Shown here in pieces: positions 40,592 to 51,356 of a stretch of DNA of 64,000 nucleotides. The stretch spans positions 73,927 through 137,926 of the forward strand of contig JAKLIO010000001.1 in assembly GCA_022709565.1 (NCBI GenBank), written 5' to 3'. Source of the DNA: Patescibacteria group bacterium (GTDB lineage: Bacteria; Patescibacteriota; Minisyncoccia; Moranbacterales; GWC2-37-73). Position 1 is the first letter of the stretch, and each line of letters opens with the position of its first letter. Both the position numbers and the translations under genes were made by a program. The notes under the pieces were generated by a model, which saw nothing but the letters and a program-made list of their open reading frames with translations, was not told the origin of the DNA and did no database searches.

Positions 40592-41464
40592 TTATTTAGC
40601 CTGAGGAAAATAACGAAAAACTTTATAGTAATTTGAAACATGCTCTTCAGTAATCACAATATCTTTTGGCTGATTAATCAGTCTCCCCTCAATCTGAACA
40701 AGTTTTGTACCATCTTTTATTGATTCTGATATGTCTACTTTTTTTATTTGATTCTGCCATGTATTGCTGTACCCTTTTTTATCAACTATAAAGAATGCGT
40801 TGGGTCCTAATTCTGGCAGTAAAGAGATTATCTCCGGATATTCTTTTTCGGCAAAAACAAATACGCTGGGATTATTAGAAATAAACTCCTTTAACCTCGG
40901 GGTGTAGTCCGGATCACTTGATGTCGCAGTTACGTATGCAACTCCCAGATCTTTTGGCGCTTTTAAAAACCAAAAGTCCTGACCCAAGCGAATATTCTTA
41001 AAGTCTTTTTTTGTGATAAGCAAAACTAATTGCTCCTTTTTAAAAGAAATTTTATTGTTCTTATTTCCTAATTCAATATTTATATCAAATGTCTGAGGAA
41101 GTTTGCTGAGATCAATTTCTATATCTTTGTTTACTGAACCAACACTCATCGGACACGTTGTCCCGCTACATTTGCCACAATCTTTATGACCCAAAATCTC
41201 AATGTCTATGGAATCCTTTTTTAATTTATCCTTAGTGAATAAATTTTTATCTGAACAATGGATACCTGAATGAGACTCAATAGACAGAATCATTTTGGGT
41301 AAAATTTGTTCTGATAATGTTTTGTTTGTTTCTAAAAGAGATACTCCAACATTAACCTCTTCTGGCATTACTAATTTTTCAAAAAATATTAAATAGGTTC
41401 CTACACCAAAAAGCATTAGAATTAAAAAAATTAAGACCATCTTTATAAAGATACTTTTATTCAT
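40592..41464 (-). CDS. Membrane-anchored hypothetical protein with a CGKCSGTTC cysteine cluster
   Basis: N-terminal transmembrane helix. The extracytoplasmic domain has a CxxC pair. I cannot assign a fold. Confidence 0.45.
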   Translation of the reverse strand: MNKSIFIKMVLIFLILMLFGVGTYLIFFEKLVMPEEVNVGVSLLETNKTLSEQILPKMILSIESHSGIHCSDKNLFTKDKLKKDSIDIEILGHKDCGKCSGTTCPMSVGSVNKDIEIDLSKLPQTFDINIELGNKNNKISFKKEQLVLLITKKDFKNIRLGQDFWFLKAPKDLGVAYVTATSSDPDYTPRLKEFISNNPSVFVFAEKEYPEIISLLPELGPNAFFIVDKKGYSNTWQNQIKKVDISESIKDGTKLVQIEGRLINQPKDIVITEEHVSNYYKVFRYFPQAK

Positions 41465-41559
41465 ATATAATAATTTAAAAAAATATAAACATTATCTATA
41501 TTTTAGCATGTTTTTAGCATAAAGAAAAAATGTACTTTTACAATGTTGCTTTTAAAAAA

Positions 41560-42801
41560 TTAGATATATTTTTTGTTTTTTAATTCATCCGGTAAATATT
41601 GTTGCCCAGTGCTATCTTCCAGCGGCGTGTATTTGTAGCCTTTACCATAGCCCAGTTTTTCCATCAGCTTTGTTGGCGCATTTCTGATGTGCATCGGCAC
41701 CGGCAAGTTGCCAAATTCTTCAACGTCTTTCTTGGCTTTGCCATAAGCCAGATAGGCGCTGACGCTTTTTGGCGCTTTGGAAAGATAAACTACCAACTGA
41801 GAAAGATGCACGCTGCATTCCGGCATGCCCAATTTGTGGCAAGCGTCAAAAACACTATTGGCGAGAACTAGCGCAAAATTGTCCGCCAGCCCAACATCCT
41901 CCGAAGCAAAGCGCAAAAGCCTCCTGGCGACATATCTGGGCTCCTCACCGCCTTCCAGCATCCTCGCCAGCCAATACAGGGCGGCATTGGCATCACCGCC
42001 ACGCATGGATTTATGGAGAGCTGAAATAATATTGTAGTGCTCCTCCCCGGATTTATCATAATAGAGATGGGATTTCTGCAAAACTTTTTTGATGAGCTCT
42101 GGTGTTATGCTCGTGCTTTGCTCCGCCGTCGCTGTGCTTTGGCGTGACAAGTGCGTCGCCGCTTCCAAAGTATTTAGCGCCATACGCGCGTCGCCGTTGG
42201 CCAGTTTGGCAATGAGTGCGATCATTTCTGGAGATATTTTTATTTTCTGATTGCCAAGTCCAGTTTCTTTATCATTAAGTGCGTGCTCCAGAATTTTTTC
42301 AATATCTTTCGGTTCCAGTTTGTTCAAGACAAAAACCCGCGAGCGCGAAATGAGCGCCGAGATTATTTCAAAACTTGGGTTTTCCGTCGTCGCGCCGATT
42401 AGCGTCACCGTGCCATGCTCAACATAAGGCAAAAGCGCGTCTTGCTGCGCTTTGTTCCAACGATGGATTTCGTCGATGAATAAAATAGTTTTAATTCCTT
42501 TTTCTTTTTTTTCTTTGGCGTTTTTAACGACTGCCATCAAATCTTTTTTGCCGCTAGCCACGCCGCTCAGAACTACAAACTCCGAATGTGTTTCGTTGGC
42601 AATAATTGACGCTAATGTTGTCTTGCCGCTGCCCGGCGGTCCCCAAAAAATGAGCGAGGGCACATTGTCTTTTTCAATAGCTTGGCGCAAAAATGAATTT
42701 TGGCCGACCAATTCTTCCTGCCCGAAAAAATCGGCCAGTTTCTGAGGCCGCATCCTGTCTGCCAATGGCGCATATTGAAGATTATTTGATTCATTAATCA
42801 T
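41560..42801 (-). CDS. rarA: Replication-associated recombination protein A (AAA+ ATPase)
   Basis: Walker A GPPGSGKTTLA, Walker B ILFIDEIHR, and the MgsA C-terminal domain. Confidence 0.9.
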   Translation of the reverse strand: MINESNNLQYAPLADRMRPQKLADFFGQEELVGQNSFLRQAIEKDNVPSLIFWGPPGSGKTTLASIIANETHSEFVVLSGVASGKKDLMAVVKNAKEKKEKGIKTILFIDEIHRWNKAQQDALLPYVEHGTVTLIGATTENPSFEIISALISRSRVFVLNKLEPKDIEKILEHALNDKETGLGNQKIKISPEMIALIAKLANGDARMALNTLEAATHLSRQSTATAEQSTSITPELIKKVLQKSHLYYDKSGEEHYNIISALHKSMRGGDANAALYWLARMLEGGEEPRYVARRLLRFASEDVGLADNFALVLANSVFDACHKLGMPECSVHLSQLVVYLSKAPKSVSAYLAYGKAKKDVEEFGNLPVPMHIRNAPTKLMEKLGYGKGYKYTPLEDSTGQQYLPDELKNKKYI

Positions 42802-42852
42802 AGGAAGTCCTTATACATTATAATACTCCCCGCAAAAGTCAAAGTTTTTCAG

Positions 42853-44070
42853 TTATTCATATCTTAATGCCTCAATTGGACTGAGATTGGCCGCACGGCG
42901 AGCCGGATAGAAACCAAAAACGATTCCGACTCCGGCTGAAACGCCGAAAGCCAGAAAAATTGAAGATAAAGAGATGCTGGTTGTCAGACTGCTGATAAAA
43001 CGAGTAACTAAAAGAGACATTATCCACCCCAAGACAATCCCCAACGCGCCGCCCAAAAAAGTCAAAATCACGGCTTCAGCTAAAAATTGTAGGTTGATAT
43101 ACAGTTTTCTTATGCCAACAGCTTTGCGAAGACCGATTTCCCGCGTTCTTTCCGTGACTGTTGTCAGCATCATATTCATAATTCCGATTCCCCCAACTAA
43201 AAGTGAGATGCCGGCAATAGAGGAAAGAAGGATTGTGAATGTGCCGGTTATGCTCGTGGCCGTGGCAATGATATCATTTTGATTCATCATGCTAAAATCA
43301 GCGTCTGCCGGATCTGAAATTTTATGACGAGCTAAGAGCAAAGTGGAAATTTGTTCCTGCACTGCCGTCATGGAATTTTGGTCAGATGCTGCCACGCTAA
43401 TGCTATTCACGTATTCATCTCCGGATAAATAGTGTTGAGCTGTGGTCAAAGGAACATAAACCACATCATCTTGATTATTAAAACCGCTGCCACCCTTGGT
43501 TATAGTCATGCCAATCACGGTAAAGTCCATTTTATTGATACGAATTATTTTTCCTACTGGATCAATCTCCGCCCCAAAAAGATCATCCCTTGTTGTCGGA
43601 CCGATCACCGCCACTTTGGCTGAACCTTTCATCTGTTGCTGGCTGAAAAATGAGCCTGAATCTATTGCAACATTGCGTACAATCAAATAGTCTTCGGTTG
43701 TTCCTATAACTTGAGTATTGGTATTGTTGCCCTTGGCTGTAATTTGGCTTCTTTTTGTTACCGTTGGCGCTACCGCTTTGACATTTTCAATTTCGTTTTT
43801 TATTGCCTCCGCATCTTCTACGGTTAGGGACTGTGCGCTGCCTCCGCCCTGATTTATCCCTCCGATCCTTTGCGCGCCGGGACTGATCATTATCAGATTA
43901 GAACCGATGGCTTCAATATTTTTTTCGATTGAATTCTGCGCGCCTTGACCAATCGCAACAAGCGCAATCACTGAAGCAATGCCGATGACAATACCCAAAA
44001 TTGTCAGACCGGATCTGACCTTGTTAGCGGAAAGCGACCAAATTGTTTCTTTTAATAAATCTTTCAACAT
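42853..44070 (-). CDS. ABC transporter permease (FtsX/MacB-like)
   Basis: N-terminal transmembrane helix, a large periplasmic domain, then 3 C-terminal transmembrane helices (the FtsX fold). MacB-type. Confidence 0.85.
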   Translation of the reverse strand: MLKDLLKETIWSLSANKVRSGLTILGIVIGIASVIALVAIGQGAQNSIEKNIEAIGSNLIMISPGAQRIGGINQGGGSAQSLTVEDAEAIKNEIENVKAVAPTVTKRSQITAKGNNTNTQVIGTTEDYLIVRNVAIDSGSFFSQQQMKGSAKVAVIGPTTRDDLFGAEIDPVGKIIRINKMDFTVIGMTITKGGSGFNNQDDVVYVPLTTAQHYLSGDEYVNSISVAASDQNSMTAVQEQISTLLLARHKISDPADADFSMMNQNDIIATATSITGTFTILLSSIAGISLLVGGIGIMNMMLTTVTERTREIGLRKAVGIRKLYINLQFLAEAVILTFLGGALGIVLGWIMSLLVTRFISSLTTSISLSSIFLAFGVSAGVGIVFGFYPARRAANLSPIEALRYE

Positions 44071-44081
44071 AATATTTTTAT

Positions 44082-44780
44082 TTATATCTTGTGGTCGTTA
44101 GGAATATTTATTTCATCCTTCTCAATCATTCCGTCTCGGATATGAATTATCCTGTTGGCATAATCAGCCACATCCATTTCGTGGGTAATCAAAATTATCG
44201 TATGGCCTTTTTTATTCAGTTCCTGCAGCGCGCTCATGACCAAATGGCTGGTTTTCGTATCCAGATTGCCCGTTGGTTCATCGGCCAGAATAATCGCCGG
44301 ATTGTTAATCAGCGCTCTGGCAATGGCCACCCGCTGCATTTGTCCACCGGAAAGCTGATTAGAAAGATTCATAAATTTATCTTTTTCCATTCCAGCGTAT
44401 TGCAACGACTGCTCGGCTCTCTCTTCCCGTTCTTTTTTGGTTGTATTTGTATATAAAAGCGGCAACATTACGTTTCTAAGCACTGTTGTCCTAGGTAGCA
44501 GGTTGAAAGACTGAAAAACGAAACCGATTTTATCCCGACGCAAATCTGAAAGCTCATCATCACTGAGTTTGGAAACTTCTTTGCCATCTAAAGAATATTC
44601 CCCGCTGGTTGGAGTATCCAGCGCGCCAATAATATGCATAAGGGTTGATTTCCCCGATCCAGATGGCCCGATAATAGAAACGAATTCGCCTTTTTCAATG
44701 CTAAAAGAAACATTCGCCAAAGCGTTTGTTGTCACGTCTCCGTTTATATAAGTTTTTGTCAGATTTTTACAAACAATCAT
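44082..44780 (-). CDS. ABC transporter ATP-binding protein (MacB/LolD-like)
   Basis: Walker [10 protein letters not shown], signature [15 protein letters not shown], and Walker [12 protein letters not shown]. Confidence 0.9.
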   Translation of the reverse strand: MIVCKNLTKTYINGDVTTNALANVSFSIEKGEFVSIIGPSGSGKSTLMHIIGALDTPTSGEYSLDGKEVSKLSDDELSDLRRDKIGFVFQSFNLLPRTTVLRNVMLPLLYTNTTKKEREERAEQSLQYAGMEKDKFMNLSNQLSGGQMQRVAIARALINNPAIILADEPTGNLDTKTSHLVMSALQELNKKGHTIILITHEMDVADYANRIIHIRDGMIEKDEINIPNDHKI

Positions 44781-44786
44781 AAAAGT

Positions 44787-45956
44787 TTAGTCAATGTGCC
44801 CTCCACCCATGCCAGGAATTCTCACGCTGTTTTTTGAATTTGATGTCGAAGAAGCAGTTGAAGCGCTGGAAGAATTTATGGTTTGAGTGACAACACTATC
44901 ACCAACCTTAATACCGCTAACAATTTCTGTCTGCGTGTCATTTGATAAGCCAACTTCCACCGTTATATTTTCCGGAGTTTGACCCTTAAGAATTTGCACG
45001 TAGGATTTGCCATTCTGCGACTTCACTGCGCTATTAGGAACAATAATCGCATCCTGCTTTGTTCCGATAATTATAGCTGCTGAAACGCTCATTTCCGGCC
45101 TAACTCTAGAATCAAGTGAATCAAAACCAATCGTCACATTATAGGTCACAACACCCGAAGTCAGCGTTCCGAGTGAATCCATTTTTTCCACTTTTCCGGT
45201 TACTATCAGACCATCAATTGCGCTGAAAGTGAGCGAAACTTTTTGCCCAATGTTAACATTGGCAATGTCAACTTCATTGACTTCCACTTGCGCCTTGAGC
45301 GTGCTAAGATCACCGATAATAATCGGAGCAGATGAATTGCTATTGGAAGAAAGCCGGCTTAAGTCATCTCCGTTTTTTATATTTACGGCATTAACCGTCC
45401 CATCAATCGGAGAAACCACTTTTCTTTTAGAAGCATCTGACAAAGAATTTTGGTATGAACTCCAACTGGTTTCCACATTTTTTTCTGCCGCTTCTAAAGA
45501 AATTTCCGCCGCTTCCAATTTTTTCTTCATCGCATATTCTTCGCTGTCATTGGCATCTTCATAATTATTTTTGGCTTCATTTTTGTTAGCTTTGGCTGTT
45601 TCCAGAGAAGCTTTGGATTGAAGATAAGATGAATAAGCTTTATTGGCATCAATTCCCAACTGATTGTTTTCAATCAAAAAAAGCAGCTGGCCCTTTTTTA
45701 CCTTGTCGCCAACACTCACTGCCAAGCCATAGACGGTTCCGGTTATTGTCGGATCAACAGTGGCGTCATCGTCCACAATAACATTCCCGCTGGCAGAAAT
45801 TGACGACATCAATGTTCCTTTTTCCGCCACTGCTGTTTTATATTGAACAGCTGTTGAAGTTAATTTTGATTGGCTGTACCAATAATATCCCCCGATTATC
45901 AGCACAGCAATAACAGCTCCGAAGATATACTTCTTCTTTTTGATTAATTGCAGCAT
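44787..45956 (-). CDS. Efflux transporter periplasmic adaptor subunit (HlyD/MacA family)
   Basis: Membrane anchor, a coiled-coil hairpin, a biotinyl-like domain (GQLLFLIEN) and beta-barrel domains. It lies immediately upstream of the ABC pair. Confidence 0.8.
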   Translation of the reverse strand: MLQLIKKKKYIFGAVIAVLIIGGYYWYSQSKLTSTAVQYKTAVAEKGTLMSSISASGNVIVDDDATVDPTITGTVYGLAVSVGDKVKKGQLLFLIENNQLGIDANKAYSSYLQSKASLETAKANKNEAKNNYEDANDSEEYAMKKKLEAAEISLEAAEKNVETSWSSYQNSLSDASKRKVVSPIDGTVNAVNIKNGDDLSRLSSNSNSSAPIIIGDLSTLKAQVEVNEVDIANVNIGQKVSLTFSAIDGLIVTGKVEKMDSLGTLTSGVVTYNVTIGFDSLDSRVRPEMSVSAAIIIGTKQDAIIVPNSAVKSQNGKSYVQILKGQTPENITVEVGLSNDTQTEIVSGIKVGDSVVTQTINSSSASTASSTSNSKNSVRIPGMGGGHID

Positions 45957-46094
45957 CTTATTTTGTGATTATATTTTATATATAAGTGATGACTTATAAC
46001 GTTTTCATTATATGCCTTGTTCCGCTATTGCACTAATACGCATGGATTTATAGATTACTTTCAGTATTTTTTAGGACTTACGCGTTCGTAAGCC

Positions 46095-47291
46095 CTATTT
46101 CAATTTGCCCATTATTTTATTGATGACATCTTCGTCCTGGCAGGAATACTCGTTGCCGGGAGAATAGAATTTCTTTTTCGGACCGCGACATCCTTCGTTA
46201 TCATTAGCCAAAACTCCCATAAAAGGCATTAGAAATCCCATATTTTGAGAAGTAAACTTGGTGTAAAGATTTTTGAGAGTTTCAGCTCTTTTTTCTTTAC
46301 TCATCCGCGCAAAAATATCCAGATCGTCGTCCGGAATTCCAGACCAGTCCAGATGCAGAAAAACATTTTTAGCTTTGCCGGCAAAATTTTCATGCCACAG
46401 CAGTGCCCAGCAGCTGCCTCTGCTTGAAAGACATGGTCCGTTTTCCACATTGCCCGCACTGTTAATTCCGACTCCGCCTTCAATATAGTCGAAAAGCGCC
46501 AAATATTCAGGATCAGTTATGCTGCCGGTTTGCGCCCCAACAACCACATCCACGCCTTCTTTTTTAGCATAATCACGAATATCATTAACAATTCTCGGCG
46601 CATAATCTTTCTGCGCGCTTTCCTGCATATAGATCTGGCCGAAAGTGAAGCTTTGCACGCCCAAATCAATCGCTTTGCGGGTTATGTATTTTATGTAATC
46701 GCGATATTCGCTGCTGGCAAAATTCGGTTTGCAAGAATGCTCGCCCCAGACATTTTCACTGCCATCCCGGCACATTTTTTTGAAATCAAATTTTTCATAA
46801 GTATCTACATTGTAATAATCAGCTCTAGTGTCAATTGCTTCCGCAATAAACATTCCGTACATGATGTCTTTTTTGCTGACTTGCTCCATGACAAAATTCA
46901 TCGTTGCGAAATCCGGAGGCATCAGCCAGGTTTCGGAAGCCCGGTGCAGATAATAACAATTAGAACGATTGATTAGCGCGATGAAACTATCATTTTCCGG
47001 ATTATATTCCGAAAGCAGACCATCTGCCACACAGCCATGCGTTTTCATTTTTTGCATAGAAACCGGAGCCGGCTTGGGGCGCGGAATGATCCGCGGAATT
47101 TCCGGCATTTTGTTTTCTTCCGCCAACCTTTTTTGCTCAGCCAGTGCCTCTTGCCTGGCCTTTTCCGCTTCTATTCTTTCCCGCTCCAAAGTTTGTTTAT
47201 TTTCATAAACGCGATAAACCAAGCCCGCGAAAATAATCGCCAGCATTAAAAGCAACCCGAACGTTAAAATGAATTTTGTCCTTTTTTGCAA
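46095..47291 (-). CDS. Membrane-anchored hypothetical protein
   Basis: N-terminal transmembrane helix, then a charged coiled segment and a 300 aa Cys-containing domain. Function unknown. Confidence 0.5.
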   Translation of the reverse strand: MQKRTKFILTFGLLLMLAIIFAGLVYRVYENKQTLERERIEAEKARQEALAEQKRLAEENKMPEIPRIIPRPKPAPVSMQKMKTHGCVADGLLSEYNPENDSFIALINRSNCYYLHRASETWLMPPDFATMNFVMEQVSKKDIMYGMFIAEAIDTRADYYNVDTYEKFDFKKMCRDGSENVWGEHSCKPNFASSEYRDYIKYITRKAIDLGVQSFTFGQIYMQESAQKDYAPRIVNDIRDYAKKEGVDVVVGAQTGSITDPEYLALFDYIEGGVGINSAGNVENGPCLSSRGSCWALLWHENFAGKAKNVFLHLDWSGIPDDDLDIFARMSKEKRAETLKNLYTKFTSQNMGFLMPFMGVLANDNEGCRGPKKKFYSPGNEYSCQDEDVINKIMGKLK

Positions 47292-47481
47292 AATATTTTT
47301 ATAAAAGCTTCTTTAATATTATTACGCTTCAACTCCCATTATATTACTAAAAAGGATATTAAAAAAGAGAGGCACCCACACCCTCTCTGTTTTTATGATG
47401 TAACAACAAAAATTCGAACTATTGTTTTTTATTTAAGAGAATTATAAGTTTGTATATGCTAAAAATTTAAAGAGCAACAAG

Positions 47482-48033
47482 TTATTTTTTCTTACTTAGG
47501 TATTTTTGAATAATTTTTCCGTATTTTTCCGGGGGATAATAGCAATGTGCATTTGGAGTCTCATCAAGATCAAGACAGCATTCGGCATCAATATGTCCTT
47601 TTTTATTATTTTTACTTTTGCTTGGATCGTCTTTTTTCATGTCCTTGCAAGTCCTTTTTCCATTTCTTATTTCAGTCTTGGCCGCAATTGGACCAGGCTT
47701 GCCTATTGTTATAATAACAGGAGCTTTCTTCGCAATCGGCTGCTGTGCGGGTTTTTCTGGAGCATTTTTAACAGTATTTTCTAAAGTCTCAGCCCCCAAA
47801 ATATTCCCCGGGAGTGCTTCATCGGCTTGAGTCTTGTTATCAGCAATATTAAAATCATCCAATTTTTGCCTAGGAATAAGGTTATCAAAAGTGTTTTGAT
47901 AAAAAATATTCTTTTGATAGAAAGTTTCTTCTGCTGAAGCCTCAGCTGATTTACCTAGCCCAGCGACAATAAACACGACAAAAAACGGGATTTGGAATGC
48001 AAAAAAGGCATGTTTTAATGTTAATTTTTGCAT
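47482..48033 (-). CDS. Secreted hypothetical protein
   Basis: Signal-peptide-like N-terminus. The C-terminus is Lys-rich with Cys pairs (AECCLD...AHCYYPP). Confidence 0.45.
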   Translation of the reverse strand: MQKLTLKHAFFAFQIPFFVVFIVAGLGKSAEASAEETFYQKNIFYQNTFDNLIPRQKLDDFNIADNKTQADEALPGNILGAETLENTVKNAPEKPAQQPIAKKAPVIITIGKPGPIAAKTEIRNGKRTCKDMKKDDPSKSKNNKKGHIDAECCLDLDETPNAHCYYPPEKYGKIIQKYLSKKK

Positions 48034-48206
48034 AAACTTTAGGTCTTAATTTTTTAAATACTAACCATTATTATTACAACTCACCAAGAAAAACTTTTCA
48101 GACTTTAGCATGATTCTCAAAAGACCGCCAGTAGGTGCATTTCGAGACCACTTTTGGATACGCAAAAAAACCTGGGTAAGGTTTTCGCATAATAAGCCTG
48201 GCCGGT

Positions 48207-48235
48207 CCTAGTTGATATCAAACTGATATCAACTA
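48207..48235. promoter_or_regulatory. 13 bp perfect inverted repeat (candidate operator), 110 nt upstream of the alternative sigma-factor gene
   Basis: CTAGTTGATATCA-aac-TGATATCAACTAG. Confidence 0.4.
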
Positions 48236-48346
48236 GAGTTGCCATTGACTAAGTCTGGCTTTTATGGTAGGGTTGTCTCATTCCAACTGAATTTGGATAT
48301 TTAAGCTACTTAAAAATAAAATAGCCCAAAAGAAAGGAGAAAGGCC

Positions 48347-49477
48347 GTGAAAAATGACAACTTAGCATACTCAACACACAATCTGCTTAATTTGCTCCCT
48401 GAACCCACCAAAGAAGATCTCGCATCAGAAGAAGATCAAGATTTTGAACCAGAAAAAGAACCGACAGATGTATCAGCCAATCAAAAATTAGATAATGATC
48501 ACATTACCGACCCTTTTCTCCTTTACATCAGAAGCATAAATAGATATCCGCGTTTAACAAAGGAGAAAGAACAAGAATTGTTAAGATTTGGCGAGCTCGG
48601 CCGTAAAAAGGTACTCGTTCATAACTTGCACCTTGTGGTCAAAATAGCCAAAAAATACGCCACAGGGAATGATTTGCTTCTGGATTTGATTCAGGATGGA
48701 AATATCGGGCTTCTTCACGCAATGGACAAGTTTGATCGCAAGAGAGGCTTCAGATTTTCGACCTATGCAACTTGGTGGATTCGTCAGGCTTGCGCAATTA
48801 CATTGTCAAAGCAATTAAGGACAATTAGAGTCCCTTCAAATGTCTTGGAAGAAATGCGCAAAATGAAAAGGGCTGAAACAAAGCTGAGAAGCGAGCTGGG
48901 AAGAAAAGCTAGCAGCATTGAAGTGGCTAAGCAAATGGGCCTAAAAGCGAAAGCTATCGATAACATAAAAAAAACAGGGACCCAAAAAACCATTTCACTG
49001 TCTCTGCCGGTAGGAGAAAACGACGATAGTCAACTTCAAGACTTTATTGCTGATGATTATTATGATTCGCCGGAAGATCTAGCTTTGAAAAAGGAATACC
49101 ACGAGTTTCAGGATAAAATAATCTTGAAAGCTGTCGGCAATTGTGACAGCGGGAAAGTCTTCGAAATAATACGAAGACAAAATATTTTATCTAACCCCTT
49201 CCCCACTGAAAGGCAGAAAAAGAAACGCCCAAGAAAGCTGGCTAATGTCCTCAAAAATATGGGTATTTCCAAGCTAAATGAAAACGAAAGACGTTTCTAT
49301 ATCTTGACCTTGAGAAGAAAAGATTTTTCTCTTGAATACATTGGAAAAGAACTTGGCGTTACGCGTGAAAGGATAAGAAAAATCGAGGAGAACACCATTA
49401 AAAAAATTGCCATGGTGTTTAGATCAGAAACAATGAATGAAGCAATCAGAAAAGAGGCCTTGCTGTTAGGAAGTTAA
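48347..49477 (+). CDS. Sigma-70-family RNA polymerase sigma factor (alternative; GTG start)
   Basis: Region 2 ([36 protein letters not shown]), region 3, and region 4 ([20 protein letters not shown]). The Shine-Dalgarno AAAGGAG is 8 nt before the GTG. This is distinct from the housekeeping rpoD at 55979. Confidence 0.8.
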   Translation: MKNDNLAYSTHNLLNLLPEPTKEDLASEEDQDFEPEKEPTDVSANQKLDNDHITDPFLLYIRSINRYPRLTKEKEQELLRFGELGRKKVLVHNLHLVVKIAKKYATGNDLLLDLIQDGNIGLLHAMDKFDRKRGFRFSTYATWWIRQACAITLSKQLRTIRVPSNVLEEMRKMKRAETKLRSELGRKASSIEVAKQMGLKAKAIDNIKKTGTQKTISLSLPVGENDDSQLQDFIADDYYDSPEDLALKKEYHEFQDKIILKAVGNCDSGKVFEIIRRQNILSNPFPTERQKKKRPRKLANVLKNMGISKLNENERRFYILTLRRKDFSLEYIGKELGVTRERIRKIEENTIKKIAMVFRSETMNEAIRKEALLLGS

Positions 49478-49482
49478 CAGCC

Positions 49483-49521
49483 AGCTAGTAGCTATCTAAC
49501 GATAGCTACTAGCTTTTTTTA
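49483..49521 (+). terminator. Rho-independent terminator
   Basis: AGCTAGTAGCTATCtaacGATAGCTACTAGCT followed by TTTTTTT. Confidence 0.8.
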
Positions 49522-49543
49522 TAATTTATATTTGCAAGAAAAA

Positions 49544-49568
49544 AGCATCCGCAAGCGGATGCTTTTAA
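49544..49568 (+). terminator. Second tandem terminator
   Basis: AGCATCCGCaaGCGGATGCT followed by TTTT. Confidence 0.6.
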
Positions 49569-49710
49569 AAAATTTAAGACTATGAATTATTGCAATCGAG
49601 GGCTAAACTCTTAAAAATCTAGAAAAATTGCCAAAAGTTGCAGGATGAATTACATTAGATGCATCAAAAATGTCCTTTCAAAACTTGAAAAATAAGGAGG
49701 TAAACATAGC

Positions 49711-51279
49711 ATGAATAATGAAGACCTGGAAAGAATATGGAGCAAGCTAAATTTTCACGGCTTTAAGCAAGAAGAATACGCCAAAAAATATCCTTCATGG
49801 AAAGCCGGAGCAAAAAAACTGGTGGAATTCTTGGAACAATGGAGAAGTGTGGGCTTAATCGCGGATACGGCGGCCGGCAAAACGATTATCACAATCTTGG
49901 CTGTATTCGCATTGGGCAAGCGGACTCTTTTTTTAACTCCTCAACGCCTATTAACTGGTCAACATAGCGATCTGGTAGCATTGATGGATACAAACAAAGA
50001 ATATCTGCATTCTCGGTTCATCAATGGAGAGGTCAGCAAGCAGAAAAGAATCTGGAATGATCCTGCTGATCAGATAGTTTTTGCCACGCCGCATGTAGTT
50101 ATGGCAGAAATTAAAAATGGATCTTTTAACATGAATGATTTCAATCTGGTAATATTCGACGAAATGCACAAAGCTACTGGTAATTATCCCTATGTGCCAT
50201 TGGCAAAAATTGCCTACACTAGCGGACTTTTGTCAGTTGGGCTTAGCGCTTCTCCTGGCGGAACAATTGAAAAAATTTCCATTGTTAAGGAAAATTTATT
50301 CTTGAAAGATTTGTTCCGGGTAAAAGTTGAAACGCCTAAGAAAAATGAGGACATTGTGGTTGTAGAGTTTGATGAAAATATTATCCAAATTGAAAGTCTT
50401 TTCACAGAGTTGTTGCTGCGTGTTGCTGGCAATATTGCTGATTTGGGAATTGAAATGGATCGAAATATAATCACCAATATGCGAGTCTTTGAAGATATCG
50501 CAAAAGAGCTGTTGACTAAATATAAATATCAGGGGGGAGGTCTTCTTGCAGCTAAATATAGGAAGATTTATCATGCCTATTTCATTGCCATTACTGAAAG
50601 CTACGGAACACTGCTCGAATATTTAGACAGAATGGAGCAAAAAGACGGATCAAAAAGCGGACGGCAAATTGTCTTGAGTGAAAACACTCAAAAAATTACC
50701 AATATTGCCAGGACAAGTTCGCATCCGAAAGTCGAGAAGTTTTTTGAATTGCTTTCGTCCTTGAAGCAAGCTGGCAAGAACGCACTGGTGTTTTTTTCCC
50801 AAAAAAGTACTGCTCTAGCTTTGAAAAAATATTTTTCAAATGGTGATTTCAACATTGAAATCCTTTTTGGAGGCGCTGACAAAAACATCAAGCATCAGAC
50901 AGAGGTTCTCCAAAAAATGGCCGCGCGTGAAGTTGATTTTATTTTTGCCACATCAGTAGCCGAGGAAGGTTTGTCCGTACCGGAAATAGACACGGTAATT
51001 CATTATTCAATGCCTCAGACCGAAACTGCATTGCTTCAAAGAAGCGGCCGAACCGGCAGAATGAAGACTGGCCATGTTGTTTTTTTAACAATCAATCATT
51101 CCCTGGATAAAGTCTTCTACTATGTGGCCAAAGCTAAGACCAAAAAAATGAGAAAAATAATCGGGGAAGAAATGTTCTCAGCAAATGAAGAACCGGCCGA
51201 ACCTCCGTCGCCACCCAGAAAAGGCAAGAGGAAAAAATGGAAAGATGATTCCACCGTTCCCCTATTTCCCGACCTTTAA
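49711..51279 (+). CDS. SF2 helicase of the Hef/FANCM/MPH1-like (DExH) type, without a nuclease domain
   Basis: Motif I ADTAAGKT, motif II FDEMHKATGNYPY (compare the DEAH-RA-x-GNYAY of Hef/FANCM), motif VI QRSGRTGR. Strong Shine-Dalgarno AAGGAGG. The family assignment is inference from motif II. Confidence 0.6.
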   Translation: MNNEDLERIWSKLNFHGFKQEEYAKKYPSWKAGAKKLVEFLEQWRSVGLIADTAAGKTIITILAVFALGKRTLFLTPQRLLTGQHSDLVALMDTNKEYLHSRFINGEVSKQKRIWNDPADQIVFATPHVVMAEIKNGSFNMNDFNLVIFDEMHKATGNYPYVPLAKIAYTSGLLSVGLSASPGGTIEKISIVKENLFLKDLFRVKVETPKKNEDIVVVEFDENIIQIESLFTELLLRVAGNIADLGIEMDRNIITNMRVFEDIAKELLTKYKYQGGGLLAAKYRKIYHAYFIAITESYGTLLEYLDRMEQKDGSKSGRQIVLSENTQKITNIARTSSHPKVEKFFELLSSLKQAGKNALVFFSQKSTALALKKYFSNGDFNIEILFGGADKNIKHQTEVLQKMAAREVDFIFATSVAEEGLSVPEIDTVIHYSMPQTETALLQRSGRTGRMKTGHVVFLTINHSLDKVFYYVAKAKTKKMRKIIGEEMFSANEEPAEPPSPPRKGKRKKWKDDSTVPLFPDL

Positions 51280-51286
51280 AGAATGG

Positions 51287-51316
51287 CCCTGCATAAAAAA
51301 TGCAGGGTTTCTTTTT
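51287..51316 (+). terminator. Rho-independent terminator
   Basis: CCCTGCATaaaaaATGCAGGG followed by TTTCTTTTT. Confidence 0.7.
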
Positions 51317-51356
51317 GTCTTAAGAGCCTTTTTAAATTCATGATTGAAAAAGTTTT